Assembly (NCBI GenBank): GCA_965246715.1
Contig: CBDFFH010000002.1
Coordinates: 256,001-320,000 of the forward strand
Length of the DNA: 64,000 bases
Direction: 5' to 3'
From: Chamaesiphon sp.
GTDB lineage: Bacteria; Cyanobacteriota; Cyanobacteriia; Cyanobacteriales; Chamaesiphonaceae
A model generated the notes under the pieces. That model did not search any database and was not told where the DNA came from. It was given only the letters and a program-made list of their open reading frames with translations. Each line of letters starts with the position of its first letter. The first letter of the stretch is position 1. Shown in pieces: positions 21,508 to 32,321 of this stretch. The position numbers and the translations under genes are program-made.

Positions 21508-23805
21508 TTACTTTTGGTCGCGCCACTCATAGGCTGCTGCGGTGCGGTCGCGATCGATTTTGAGCATCAATACACCCAATGGCGGAATGCACAGATCTAA
21601 TGAGAATTTCCGATTTTGAATCGACCATTCATCCGCCCATTTACCGCCGAGATTGCCCATATTACTACCGCCATATTTGCGCGCATCGCTATTAAATAGC
21701 TCGCTATAGAAACCATGCTCGGGAACTCCGATCCGATAGTGAGAGTGCGGTTGCGGCGTGAAGTTACAGACCACGATGATGCATTCATCGCTATCTTTAG
21801 CGCGGCGAATAAACGACACTACGCTATGGCGACTATCGGTACAATCGATCCAATCAAACCCAGCCTCCTCAAAGTCTTGAGTATAGAGCGCGGGTTCATG
21901 ATTGTAGACATAATTGAGATCGGTCAGGTATTGACTCATCTGTTGGTGCGGTGCATATTGGAGCAGACTCCACTCCAGATCCGACCACACATTCCACTCG
22001 CTCCATTGCGCGAATTCCATCCCCATAAATAGGGTTTTCTTGCCGGGATGGGCGAACATATAACCATAGAGCGATCGCATATTCGCGAGTTTCTGCCATT
22101 CGTCACCTGGCATCTTGCCGATGATATTGCTCTTACCATGCACTACCTCATCGTGTGAGAGCGCCAGCATGAAGTTCTCACTGTGGTTGTACCACATACT
22201 GAAGGTGACATTATTTTGGTGGAACTGACGGAACCACGGATCCATCGCAAAATAGTCCAGCATATCGTGCATCCAACCCATGTTCCATTTTAGGTTGAAG
22301 CCCAATCCACCCACATATGTAGGTGATGATACCATCGGCCACGAGGTAGATTCTTCGGCGATCGATAACGCACCAGGGAAGTAGCTAAAAATTAGATGGT
22401 TGGTTTGGCGCAAGAAGTCGGCTGCTTCGATATTTTCGCGTCCGCCATATTCATTGGCAACCCAGGTGCCCGGATCGCGATTGTAATCGAGGTAGAGCAT
22501 CGAACTGACCGCATCTACCCGAATCCCATCGATGTGGTATTTGTCGAACCAGAATAAGGCATTAGCATAGAGGAAATTTCTGACCTCATTACGCCCGTAA
22601 TTAAAGATCAGCGTGCCCCATTCCAGATGTTCGCCTTTGCGGGGATCTGCATGTTCGTAGAGGTGCGTACCATCGAAGAAGGGCAAACCATGTCCATCTT
22701 TGGGGAAATGTCCGGGAACCCAATCGACTAATACCCCAACGTCAGCTTGGTGACATCGATCGATAAAATACATAAAATCTTCAGGGGAGCCATGTCGCGA
22801 GGTTGGCGCGTAGTAACCCGTGACCTGATAACCCCACGAACCATCAAATGGATGCTCGGAGATCGGTAATAATTCGATGTGGGTAAATCCCAGATTTTTA
22901 ACATAAGGAATTAATTTATCGGCCAATTCCCGATAAGTCAGGAATCTCGCCCCAGGATTGTAATCTGAGACAGTGACGACAGCAGCAGTGGAACCATCGG
23001 CCAATTGCGCTGGTTCGCTAGCTGCGGCGTGCAACCAAGAACCGAGATGACACTCATACACCGAAATCGGCTGGCGCAATGCATCGGTATGTCGCCGCTT
23101 ATCGATCCATGCTTCATCTTGCCATTGGTGAATAGTTAAATCCGCAACGATCGAGGCAGTTTTGGGACGTGGCTCTTGAGAAAATCCGTAGGGGTCGGTT
23201 TTTTCGTAAGGATGCCCAGCTTGATTTTTGATCTCGTATTTATATGAGGTGCCGACCTTCAGCTCGGGCACGAACAATTCCCAAATCCCATTCCCCCGCT
23301 TCGCCATCTGGTGCTTGCGCCCATCCCAATGGTTGAAGTCACCAATCAAGGAAACGTTGCGGGCATTTGGTGCCCAAACCGCAAAATAGACCCCCGCAAT
23401 CCCTTCAATTTCGATCGGGTGCGCGCCCAATTTCTCATAAATACGATGGTGATTTCCTTCTGCAAATAAGTGAATATCAAAATCACTTAATAATGGCGAA
23501 GTAAATGCATAAGGATCGTAAATGACCCGTTCGTGTCCACCTTCGACGATCTTGAGTTGATAATTATTTAATTCTGGCCGATCGATCGTACAAGTAAAAA
23601 AGTGAGGATGATGTACGGACTGCATCGGATATTCCTGACGCACCTCGGGAATCGTGACTGAGACAGACTCGGCATTGGGAAGATAACTCCGCACTACCCA
23701 CACAGTTTTTCCATTTTCCTCAATTTGATGAGGACCTAAAATTTCAAAGGGATTGTGATGTTTGTTGCCGACAATCCGGTCGATCTGGTCTAAGGCAAGA
23801 GTCAT
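21508..23805 (-). CDS. glgB: 1,4-alpha-glucan branching enzyme
   Basis: [40 protein letters not shown]. Confidence 0.97.
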   Translation of the reverse strand: MTLALDQIDRIVGNKHHNPFEILGPHQIEENGKTVWVVRSYLPNAESVSVTIPEVRQEYPMQSVHHPHFFTCTIDRPELNNYQLKIVEGGHERVIYDPYAFTSPLLSDFDIHLFAEGNHHRIYEKLGAHPIEIEGIAGVYFAVWAPNARNVSLIGDFNHWDGRKHQMAKRGNGIWELFVPELKVGTSYKYEIKNQAGHPYEKTDPYGFSQEPRPKTASIVADLTIHQWQDEAWIDKRRHTDALRQPISVYECHLGSWLHAAASEPAQLADGSTAAVVTVSDYNPGARFLTYRELADKLIPYVKNLGFTHIELLPISEHPFDGSWGYQVTGYYAPTSRHGSPEDFMYFIDRCHQADVGVLVDWVPGHFPKDGHGLPFFDGTHLYEHADPRKGEHLEWGTLIFNYGRNEVRNFLYANALFWFDKYHIDGIRVDAVSSMLYLDYNRDPGTWVANEYGGRENIEAADFLRQTNHLIFSYFPGALSIAEESTSWPMVSSPTYVGGLGFNLKWNMGWMHDMLDYFAMDPWFRQFHQNNVTFSMWYNHSENFMLALSHDEVVHGKSNIIGKMPGDEWQKLANMRSLYGYMFAHPGKKTLFMGMEFAQWSEWNVWSDLEWSLLQYAPHQQMSQYLTDLNYVYNHEPALYTQDFEEAGFDWIDCTDSRHSVVSFIRRAKDSDECIIVVCNFTPQPHSHYRIGVPEHGFYSELFNSDARKYGGSNMGNLGGKWADEWSIQNRKFSLDLCIPPLGVLMLKIDRDRTAAAYEWRDQK

Positions 23806-24136
23806 GAATATTAACCTAAGTTGACAAAAAGCCGACTATATTTTTTTATAAAAAGCGAACAATTCTTTCCATATGAGATCGATAAAATCTCTCGTTGTTG
23901 TAACTTCATGTTCGACAATCCGCACTGGAACAGATCCGACTGCTCCATCAAGCAACAGATCCCAAGATCGCTACTTTACGGATTTGCATGATGAAATTTT
24001 GGGTGCTGACAAACTAAACAGCCTGCAAACTGCCATCATTGTATCTCGATCGCGTACGCACTGACTCTCTAGGTCGAGTTCGGTTGGGAGGATCGAGAGT
24101 TGGCTACTTTAAGTTCGCTGTCGACTAGCCACGATC

Positions 24137-24721
24137 TCAAGGATTAATCGATCGCATCGTCCATTCTGCTGCTGATAATTCATAGATATAGCGATTTTGC
24201 GGCTCTCCCCGTAGTTCCAAATGGTCTACAGCCGTAGGCGCTAAAAGTAATAAGCAAAAATTAGCTAGCGGCTGCTGCGAATCGGGCGGGGGTGGATTAA
24301 AAGCAGCTGGTTCTTGGCTTCTATCCGCCCCAGGGGTCGCCCAAGCAAACTGAATGCGTCCATTGTCAGACAGTTGCTGCCATGCCTGTTGACGAGCCTT
24401 AGAGTAGTTAATGATGGGACATTCCACAGTCACGAGGATGAGGGTACCGCTAACTCTAAACTGTTCCCGCGTCGTGGGAAAATACCAACAAACTTCGGCC
24501 CAATCGGACGCGCCAGACAATAAATTTATGGCTTTTTGCGATCGACTATCCACGACAAATTGAAGGTGGCTGTCTGGTTCGAGCCAACCGCGAAATACGA
24601 CACTCCGATTGGTGGGGCGATTGTTAGGATCTACTGTCGCCAATTGCACGTACCGAACGTAAGGTATACTGCGATTGCGATGTAGGGCGCGGGCGATCGG
24701 CGATCGCCAAGGTGGGAGCAT
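24137..24721 (-). CDS. Pyridoxamine 5'-phosphate oxidase-like FMN-binding protein (Npun_F5749-like)
   Basis: QLATV..PTNRSVVFRG, DSRSQK, CWYFPTTREQFR, DHLELRGEPQNR. Confidence 0.8.
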   Translation of the reverse strand: MLPPWRSPIARALHRNRSIPYVRYVQLATVDPNNRPTNRSVVFRGWLEPDSHLQFVVDSRSQKAINLLSGASDWAEVCWYFPTTREQFRVSGTLILVTVECPIINYSKARQQAWQQLSDNGRIQFAWATPGADRSQEPAAFNPPPPDSQQPLANFCLLLLAPTAVDHLELRGEPQNRYIYELSAAEWTMRSINP

Positions 24722-24979
24722 AAAATTTAAAATTGGTGGGGGAGTAATTTAGTTATGAGATCGGAATTAGAAAAATTAACATTCCGCAGTCCCTAGCTAC
24801 TAGCGACGACTAGCCGAAAACTAGTCGATCGACTACACATTTATTTTAATCGAAGTTACAGCATTAGAGGGCGATCGAATCGCTGAAAGTAACGTATATC
24901 TTCAATTTTGGCAACATTGATTATCTCGGTTCGATGCCGTATATTACTTATTCTGTTCAGAAATTAGCATAGCTCACTC

Positions 24980-27322
24980 ATGGTTAGAGGACTCGACCAA
25001 GTTCGACACGAATCTAGATCGGGCGCGGAGATTTCGCCCAACTCTTATCAACAATCTGATTTTCCTGCAACTGCTCCCGCTGCAAATCCGGTCTTTTTCA
25101 GAACGTATAGTCGCTTCACCGTAACCGGACGCGAAACATGGTCGCAGGTCTGCACTCGCACCCTCAAGGGTTTAGTTAAGTTAGGTAAATTAACCGACGA
25201 CCAAGCCGATATCATCGATCGGATGCAGCGTCAGGTCAAGGCGATGCCTTCGGGACGGTGGTTGTGGGTGGGTGGTAGCGAATGGCTCGAACAACCGCAA
25301 AATTTTTCTGGGGCATACAACTGCACCAGTACGAATGTTTGCGATTGGGCAGCTTTTGCCCTGATGATGGACTTGGCGATGATGGGTTGCGGTACCGGGG
25401 CAATTTTAGAAACCGATCTGATCGGTCAGTTACCCGCCGTCAAGAATAAATTGACAGTCACGATCGTTCGTGAAATCGGTCAAATCTCCCTGAATAATCG
25501 GCAGGAATTAACCACATTTGAAGTTACAGGAAATAACGCGACAATTACCGTCGGGGACAGCCGCCAAGGTTGGATTAAATCCTACAAAACTTTATTAGAA
25601 TTATGTAGTGACGATCGCTTTAATGGCGAAGTCCATGTCTCGATCGATCTCAGTAATGTCCGTCCGGCTGGCGAACTCCTCAAAGGATTTGGCGGGATGG
25701 CAAATCCAGTCAAATTACCAGAGTTATATGGGCGCTGTGCGGTAATTTTAAATAAGGCACTTGGCAGACAATTAAACTCTGTTGAATGTTGTCTCCTCAT
25801 CGACGAAGCCGCAGTCACGATCGTTGCAGGTAACATCCGTCGCTCAGCGGGAATGCGGCAATTTAATGCTAGTGATAAATTAGGCGCAACTGCTAAAGAT
25901 AATCTGTGGCAACAAGACGAACATGGTAACTGGCGAATCGACCCAGAACGCGATTCTTTACGGATGGCAAATCATACCCGTGTTTTCCATCATAAACCTA
26001 GTTTAGAAGAGTGTGTCGCTGCGGTTCAGAAGCAATATCATTCTGGTGAAGGTGCGATTCAATGGGCTGGGGAAGCTGTCGCGAGATCTAATGCCGATCT
26101 CGTTAGTACTCCAGAATTAAAAACTAGTTTTTTACAGGCTTACGATCGCGGAGATGCTAAGTTATGGCTGCAAGAAAATCGTCCTAATTTAGATAATAAA
26201 GAAATCTCACACCGCCTGTCCCGCTTCGGTTTGAATCCATGTGGTGAAATTTTAGGAACTAATTTTCACTGCAATCTTTCAGAAGTGCATTTGAATCAAA
26301 TCGATCCAAATAACTACAAAGAACAGGAAGAAGCATTTACCGCTGCTGGTTTATCCGTAGCCACATTACTCAACCATAAATTCCAAGAACCCCGCTATCA
26401 ATATAGTCGTGAATTAGATCCGATCGTGGGTGTATCATTTACTGGATTATTTGACTTCTTCGTGCATGCTTTTGGCGCGGAATGGTTGGCATGGTGGGAA
26501 CAAGGTCGTCCGGCTACAGCAGCGGGAATCGCCTACAAGCAGAAAGAGCATGAATACCTGAATACTTGGCGCAAAGTTGTCGAGCAGACAGTGTGGGACT
26601 ACTGCGATATGCATGGCATCAAGCGCCCCAATCGGTGTACTACCGTTCAACCGAGCGGTACCAAATCCCTGCTCACAGGTGCTTCCCCAGGTTGGCATCC
26701 ACCAAAAGCGCAGCGGTTTATTCGCCGGATTACCTTCCGGAAAAACGATCCGGTCGCGCTGGCTTGTATCGATTATGGCTATAGCGTGATTCCGTCCCAA
26801 TCCGATAAAGATGAGAACGGCAATCTGCTCGACGACGCATTCGATCCGCGTTGTACCGAGTGGTTGATTGAAATTCCGGTAGCTGTCTCCTGGGCGGATA
26901 TTCCTGGCGCGGATTCGATCGAAATCGGTCAGTTTAGCGCCTTGACACAAATGGATTTCTATATGGGCGTCCAGCAGCAATATGTGCGTCATAATACTTC
27001 AGCAACGATCGAGTTGCGCGAACATGAAGTAGAAGCCCTCGGTCAGCGGATTTACGAAGCGATTCGGGACGATGAAGGTTATATCTCGGCTGCGTTATTA
27101 GCCCGCTTTGACGACCACCAAACTTTCCCTCGGTTGCCCTTTGAACCGATCGATAAGGCAACTTACGATGAGATGATGGTGGGAGTCAATTCCAGACGGC
27201 AGACAGTAGAATTTCATACTGCGTTAAGTCGCTATGAAATGGGAAATGCTACCGAAGAATCTGGTCCTGCTGGTTGTGACTCGGATAAATGTCTATTACC
27301 AGATGTAAAACCTAATAGTTAA
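24980..27322 (+). CDS. nrdJ: Adenosylcobalamin-dependent ribonucleoside-triphosphate reductase (class II)
   Basis: GAYNC, GLNPCGEI, HCNLSE, TTVQPSGTKS, C-terminal GCDSDKC; no intein evident. Confidence 0.95.
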   Translation: MVRGLDQVRHESRSGAEISPNSYQQSDFPATAPAANPVFFRTYSRFTVTGRETWSQVCTRTLKGLVKLGKLTDDQADIIDRMQRQVKAMPSGRWLWVGGSEWLEQPQNFSGAYNCTSTNVCDWAAFALMMDLAMMGCGTGAILETDLIGQLPAVKNKLTVTIVREIGQISLNNRQELTTFEVTGNNATITVGDSRQGWIKSYKTLLELCSDDRFNGEVHVSIDLSNVRPAGELLKGFGGMANPVKLPELYGRCAVILNKALGRQLNSVECCLLIDEAAVTIVAGNIRRSAGMRQFNASDKLGATAKDNLWQQDEHGNWRIDPERDSLRMANHTRVFHHKPSLEECVAAVQKQYHSGEGAIQWAGEAVARSNADLVSTPELKTSFLQAYDRGDAKLWLQENRPNLDNKEISHRLSRFGLNPCGEILGTNFHCNLSEVHLNQIDPNNYKEQEEAFTAAGLSVATLLNHKFQEPRYQYSRELDPIVGVSFTGLFDFFVHAFGAEWLAWWEQGRPATAAGIAYKQKEHEYLNTWRKVVEQTVWDYCDMHGIKRPNRCTTVQPSGTKSLLTGASPGWHPPKAQRFIRRITFRKNDPVALACIDYGYSVIPSQSDKDENGNLLDDAFDPRCTEWLIEIPVAVSWADIPGADSIEIGQFSALTQMDFYMGVQQQYVRHNTSATIELREHEVEALGQRIYEAIRDDEGYISAALLARFDDHQTFPRLPFEPIDKATYDEMMVGVNSRRQTVEFHTALSRYEMGNATEESGPAGCDSDKCLLPDVKPNS

Positions 27323-27326
27323 TGTT

Positions 27327-27357
27327 GGTAGAGACGTTCTGGTAGAACGTCTCTACC
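27327..27357. repeat. GTAG-type REP palindrome
   Basis: GGTAGAGACGTTCT-ggt-AGAACGTCTCTACC. Confidence 0.7.
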
Positions 27358-27400
27358 CTCTACATGTATTTCGATAAAATCGAAACATCGAAATACCTAT

Positions 27401-27436
27401 AATCCTCCTCCTGGCAATCTCCAGGAGGAGGATTTT
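27401..27436 (+). terminator. Terminator-like hairpin after nrdJ
   Basis: AATCCTCCTCCTGG-caatct-CCAGGAGGAGGATTTT. Confidence 0.65.
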
Positions 27437-27538
27437 CGCTCTCACAGGCAGAAGTATACTAGGAGAGGTGAACTGAATCCAGTAAAATCGCGATCGCGGT
27501 TGCTTGATGATTAGCTTTTAGATTTTGGAGTAATAATT

Positions 27539-27934
27539 ATGTTTGCAGGGAATCGACCGACACAGCTTGGAGTTACCGAGGGTAAATTAACCGCTTGTCC
27601 TGGCACACCCAATTGTGTAAGCTCTCAGGCACTAGCTACTGACTCCGAACATGCGATTTCACCATTGCCGTTATCTGGCGATACTACGGCAGCTATGGCC
27701 GATTTGAAACGCGCGATCGCATCGATGCCGCGTACTAAGATTATTCAAGAAACCAATGACTATCTCTATGTGGAGTTTGCCAGCAAATTAATGGGATTTG
27801 TCGATGATGTCGAGTTTTATATCGATACCGCTAATCAAGCTATTCAGGTCAGATCGGCTTCCCGATTGGGCAAATCCGATTTAGGTGTAAACCGCAAACG
27901 CATTGAAGAGATTCGATCGAAACTAGCCATGTAA
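27539..27934 (+). CDS. DUF1499 family protein
   Basis: CPGTPNCVSS, GFVDDVEF, RSASRLGKSDLGVNRKR. Confidence 0.9.
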   Translation: MFAGNRPTQLGVTEGKLTACPGTPNCVSSQALATDSEHAISPLPLSGDTTAAMADLKRAIASMPRTKIIQETNDYLYVEFASKLMGFVDDVEFYIDTANQAIQVRSASRLGKSDLGVNRKRIEEIRSKLAM

Positions 27935-28038
27935 AATAGGTGTCTTTGCGCTTGGCACAAATATTCCCTAATTGTAGCTGACTGCTCGCCAGTGGGTAAT
28001 TTTTGATTTACCATGCAGATGTAGTCTGGGGAATAAAG

Positions 28039-28527
28039 ATGAATACGGCAAAACCGAAACAGATTGGTAGCTATATTAGCTTAGCGATCGCATTAGTACT
28101 AGCCTTTCTAATTTGGAATAACCATTTATTGGCAGGGACTCGACCGATGAATATCGGGGTTCATGACGGTAAATTAGCAGCTTGTCCGGCTACGCCAAAT
28201 TGTGTCAATAGTCAGGCGGCAAGTAGCGATGCGGAACATGCGATCGAGCCGATTCAATTTGGTGGTGCAGTTTCAGCGACAATGGACAATTTAAGATTGG
28301 TAGTCAAACAAACACCCCGCACTAAGATCGTTAAGGAAACAAATAACTACCTTTACGCCGAATTTACTAGTAAATTAATGGGATTTGTCGATGATGTTGA
28401 GTTTTACATCGACGAAGCTAGTAAAATCGTTCAAACACGCTCGGCATCTCGATTAGGCGAGTCCGATCTTGGTGTCAATCGCCAACGAATCGAAGCGATT
28501 CGATCGCAATTAAGTGGATTAAATTAA
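28039..28527 (+). CDS. DUF1499 family protein (paralog with N-terminal hydrophobic segment)
   Basis: CPATPNCV, GFVDDVEF, RSASRLGESDLGVNRQR. Confidence 0.9.
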   Translation: MNTAKPKQIGSYISLAIALVLAFLIWNNHLLAGTRPMNIGVHDGKLAACPATPNCVNSQAASSDAEHAIEPIQFGGAVSATMDNLRLVVKQTPRTKIVKETNNYLYAEFTSKLMGFVDDVEFYIDEASKIVQTRSASRLGESDLGVNRQRIEAIRSQLSGLN

Positions 28528-28560
28528 CGACGGTACTGAATTGCGATCTGAATCTAACTC

Positions 28561-28605
28561 GAAATTTAGGCAGGGCAATTCATGAATTGCCCCTGCCTAA
28601 ATTTC
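28561..28605. repeat. REP-like palindrome/terminator
   Basis: GAAATTTAGGCAGGGCAATTCATGAATTGCCCCTGCCTAAATTTC; same family as 3003-3048. Confidence 0.7.
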
Positions 28606-28799
28606 CAAGATTTCTGCGACAGTAAATCATCAATAAATTTAGCACAGCTAAATTAACTATTCAATAGTCATCGATCTCGGTGTTGTCAGACATCGTTCGT
28701 ATTAGTTGATTTATTCTAACAACTAATCGATCGAATAATTATTGCAGACCCAAATCGTTGCAAGAAATCTTCTAAATTATAACTAATAATTAGCTAATT

Positions 28800-28991
28800 T
28801 AACCTGAGTTCGGGTTAAGAGTAGCCTAGAGACTGATGTCTCTGCTTGTGATGCAAAGCCTGCCTTTGTGCCACTAGCCTCGATTTGCGGAAAGTGCGGT
28901 CTTGGGGTTTCCCCAAGTAGAGCACCTTTTCAAGACACAATCGAAGGCGATGCCCGAGCGGAGCCAATATCCTTAACCCGAACTGACGTTA
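28800..28991. mobile_element. MITE (~190 bp, non-autonomous)
   Basis: TIRs TAACCTGAGTTCGGGTTAAG / CTTAACCCGAACTGACGTTA; ATTAGCTAATT repeated on both flanks; homolog at 47800-49550. Confidence 0.8.
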
Positions 28992-29569
28992 ATTAGCTAA
29001 TTTAAGTGACAATTTATATTAAAGATTGCCAGCATCTTCTCCAGTATGAATTTTAAACACTCGAATAGCTTGTCGTCTCGATCGATTTACTTTTTACGTC
29101 GGGAAAGAAAGGCGCACGCACATCGCTGTCTTGTCGCACGGTTGCTACTCCAAATCCGTGTTACTGTATTCTCAAGTACTACTTCGGCGGTACGCTAAAT
29201 ATTTACACCTGTGTCATCTCCACGAATGAAGGGAATAATAGGATTGTCCGGCACGATTGGCTGACCATTTTCAACGGCGATCGTGTTTCGGTTGTAGGTG
29301 CCAAAAGTTTCTCATACATCTTTAGGAACTTTCCTGGTTGTATAGTTGTATGTGGGAATATATAGGTAGATAAGCGATCGGACTACCCTGAGTCAGGCTC
29401 GATTGCAGATTAGCAATCTACAATTTGGGGGTTCCTGCTAAGTTAAAGGTGTTTGGCAAAGTATATATAAATTCTTTATTCTCAAGGTAAATAACTTCGC
29501 AGCTCATTTTTTAATTCATATTTTTACTCTCTCGATCGGACAAATCGTTGTGACCCCAAGGATTCAAGC

Positions 29570-30301
29570 GTGAAAAAAATCTTATTAGTAGACGATGATA
29601 AAACCCTCCAAACCGTACTGACGCGATATTTAGAAAAGCGTGGTTACTCTGTACGGGTGGTAACTTCTGGAGTCCAGGGGTTAAAACTATTCGCGCAAGA
29701 TCCACCAGATCTAGTCGTGTCAGACATTATGATGCCTGGAATGGATGGTTTGGAATTTTGCCGTCGTCTCCGTGCGACTAGACCCGGACAATTAGTACCA
29801 TTTATCTTTTTAACTGCCAAAAAGGATCTTGAAGATCGGATTCAAGGTCACTATATCGGTGCGGATGACTATATCACAAAACCGTTTGAGCCATTAGAAC
29901 TGCTGGCTAAAATCGAAGCTCAACTCGAACGCTCGCGCCGGATTTATGCAGAGATGGTGCGGATGCTGCAAAAAAGTCCTGAAGATAGCGAATCAGGTGG
30001 CGACTATAGCGATAACTCCTCAGATACTCAAGCTAAAGATAAAGATGTCGAGCCACAAGAAGATCTGCCCTTGACTCCAGCCGAAGCGCGGGTATTCTGG
30101 GAAGTGATTCAAGGCTTAACCAATAAGCAAATCAGCCAACGACTATTTATCAGTCCCCGTACCGTTCAAACTCACCTGAGTAATATTCTCACCAAGTTGA
30201 ATTTGGAAAATCGATCGCAGCTAGTCCGGTTTGCGTTCGAGCATGGTTATCGTCCGCCGCAGACTCAAGACGAGCAAAAAGCGGCTGAGGCTAGGGGATA
30301 A
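29570..30301 (+). CDS. Two-component response regulator, receiver + LuxR/NarL HTH
   Basis: LLVDDD, SDIMMPGMDG, DYITKPF; LTPAE..GLTNKQISQRLFISPRTVQTHLSNI; GTG start. Confidence 0.92.
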   Translation: MKKILLVDDDKTLQTVLTRYLEKRGYSVRVVTSGVQGLKLFAQDPPDLVVSDIMMPGMDGLEFCRRLRATRPGQLVPFIFLTAKKDLEDRIQGHYIGADDYITKPFEPLELLAKIEAQLERSRRIYAEMVRMLQKSPEDSESGGDYSDNSSDTQAKDKDVEPQEDLPLTPAEARVFWEVIQGLTNKQISQRLFISPRTVQTHLSNILTKLNLENRSQLVRFAFEHGYRPPQTQDEQKAAEARG

Positions 30302-30391
30302 AGAAGGAGTGTGGGAAAATAGGGAAGATCGCAACATCAGACACGAATGTCTTCTCCTACTCCCATTCTGCCAAGGATCTCGCCAAAATCC

Positions 30392-31097
30392 ATGACCATT
30401 GCCGAACGCATTATCGTCCCGCTCGACGTACCAAATTTGACCGCTGCGATCGAATTAATCGATCGATTGCCCGATGTAACCTTTTGGAAAGTCGGGCTAG
30501 AGTTATTTGTCAGTACTGGTGCCGAGATGATTCAGCTCCTCAAAAACCGCAATAAGCGCGTATTTCTGGATTTAAAGTTTCATGATATCCCGAATACCGT
30601 CGCTGGAGCTTGTCGATCGGCAGCAACTTATGGCGTAGACTTGCTTACCGTCCACGCGACGGCAGGTAAACCCGCGCTTACGGCTGCGATGGCGGCTGTC
30701 GCTGAAGGTGCTGCAGCAGCTGGGGGTAAATCCCCCACAAGTAGTCGCGATTACGCTGTTAACCAGTCTAAATTCACGCGAACTCGCCTTTGACTTACAT
30801 ATTCCGCTAGAATTGCCCGAATATGCCCTCAAGATGGCGTTACTCGCCCAGGATAGTGGATTGAATGGTGTGGTGTGTTCGCCGCATGAGGTAGCCGATT
30901 TACGCCGTAGTTGTGGCGATGGTTTTATCTTTGTCTGTCCGGGGGTGCGTCCGACTTGGGCGGCAAAAGGGGATCAACAACGCACGCTGACACCCCAGCA
31001 GGCACTCGCCGCAGGTGCAGATTATCTAGTAATCGGGCGACCGATTACGGCAGATCCCGATCCGCAAGCGGCTTGGCAACGAATTATTAGTGAATGA
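30392..31097 (+). pseudogene. pyrF: Orotidine 5'-phosphate decarboxylase with apparent +1 frameshift in a G5 run (30722-30726)
   Basis: Frame 1 has [23 protein letters not shown]; frame 2 has LLTS, CPGVRP, DQQR, LVIGRPI; deleting one G joins the two halves. Confidence 0.88.
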
Positions 31098-31176
31098 TTC
31101 ACTCACCCCGCCGAGGCGAGGAATTGGCAACAGGGTGATTTTTGATTCTTGAATAAACTTGTATCGATAAAAATTG

Positions 31177-31497
31177 ATGACAGAAGCATTGACAATTGCC
31201 TCACCTCAGATCGTCGCGGGATTTCATGCACTGTCGGAACCGATCCGGATTCGGACGATCGAGTATCTTCAACAACGGGAGCTATGTGTCTGCGAACTCT
31301 GTGAGTTGTTGGGTGTCAGTCAATCCAAGCTATCGTTTCATCTCAAGGTACTTAAGTCGGCTGAATTAGTTCAGACTCGTCAAGAAGGGCGATGGATCTA
31401 CTATCGGCTCAATCTGGTGCAGTTTGTGGTGTTAGAGCAATATTTATCTGAATATCGACGGTTTTCGCCGATCTTGCCTGCGCGATCGTGTGACTAA
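31177..31497 (+). CDS. arsR: ArsR/SmtB family repressor
   Basis: ALSEPIR, ELCVCEL As(III)-binding box, SQSKLSFHLKVL. Confidence 0.93.
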   Translation: MTEALTIASPQIVAGFHALSEPIRIRTIEYLQQRELCVCELCELLGVSQSKLSFHLKVLKSAELVQTRQEGRWIYYRLNLVQFVVLEQYLSEYRRFSPILPARSCD

Positions 31498-31515
31498 CAA
31501 ATTCGATCGTAATTC

Positions 31516-31553
31516 AAATCAAAAAAGATTGACATATCAATTTTTTTTGATTT
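31516..31553 (+). promoter_or_regulatory. ArsR operator overlapping a promoter
   Basis: Two ATCAA-N6-TTGA(C/T) boxes (31518-33, 31536-51) forming a 17-bp-arm palindrome with one mismatch; TTGACA -35 at 31529. Confidence 0.8.
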
Positions 31554-31576
31554 AATGGATATATCTGCTACCTGCG

Positions 31577-32308
31577 ATGCTCTTTCGAGAGGCTATGCCA
31601 ACGAGTGTGAATAAATCAAGGCGAATTTTACCGATCGCGCGCGAGGTAGTTGCTGAAGCTGGAGGGACATTTATCCTGGTATTCATCGGTACCGGAGCGG
31701 TAATGGTCAACCAAATCAGTCAGGGTGCGATTACTCATCTGGGGATTAGCATGGTCTTTGGGGCGATCGTCGCAGCTTTGATTTATGCGCTCGGACATAT
31801 CAGCGGTGCCCATTTCAACCCAGCGGTAACTCTGGCGTTCTGGCGCAGTGGGTTCTTTCCTGGCGATCGAGTGGTGGCATATATTCTGGCACAATGTGTT
31901 GGCGCGATCGCCGCTTCATTATTACTGAAATCGACATTTGGCACCATTGCCAATCTTGGAGCCACACTACCCCTGAATGGTAACTGGCATCAATCGCTAA
32001 TTCTGGAAACAGTTTTAACTTTTATCCTGATGTTTATCATCTTTGGTTCGGGACTCGATCGACGTGCGCCGATTGGGTTTGCGGGGATCTCGATCGGGCT
32101 GACGGTGGCGGTAGCAGCGGCAGTAATGGGGCCGATTACTGGTGCGAGTATGAATCCGGCTCGATCGATCGGGCCGGCTTTAGTCGCTGGATTATGGCAG
32201 CATCATTGGGTCTATTGGGTGGCACCGATTTTGGGGGCGCAACTGGCGGTAGTGGTTTATCGCTGGCTGTCGAATGATTTTCGAGATTGCGTGCGGGATG
32301 TTAATTAG
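31577..32308 (+). CDS. MIP/aquaglyceroporin, probable arsenite channel
   Basis: SGAHFNPAVT and GASMNPARS NPA motifs; lies in the ars operon. Confidence 0.9.
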   Translation: MLFREAMPTSVNKSRRILPIAREVVAEAGGTFILVFIGTGAVMVNQISQGAITHLGISMVFGAIVAALIYALGHISGAHFNPAVTLAFWRSGFFPGDRVVAYILAQCVGAIAASLLLKSTFGTIANLGATLPLNGNWHQSLILETVLTFILMFIIFGSGLDRRAPIGFAGISIGLTVAVAAAVMGPITGASMNPARSIGPALVAGLWQHHWVYWVAPILGAQLAVVVYRWLSNDFRDCVRDVN

Positions 32309-32321
32309 GGATCTGGATAAT

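Noticed and set aside
24980..27322. Intein or cobalamin riboswitch at nrdJ
   Set aside because: The protein is of normal length with contiguous motifs; no B12-box recognised upstream.
29166..29179. GTA-N8-TAC possible NtcA site upstream of the response regulator
   Set aside because: The motif is short enough to occur by chance, and there is no TAN3T -10 element at the expected ~22-nt spacing.
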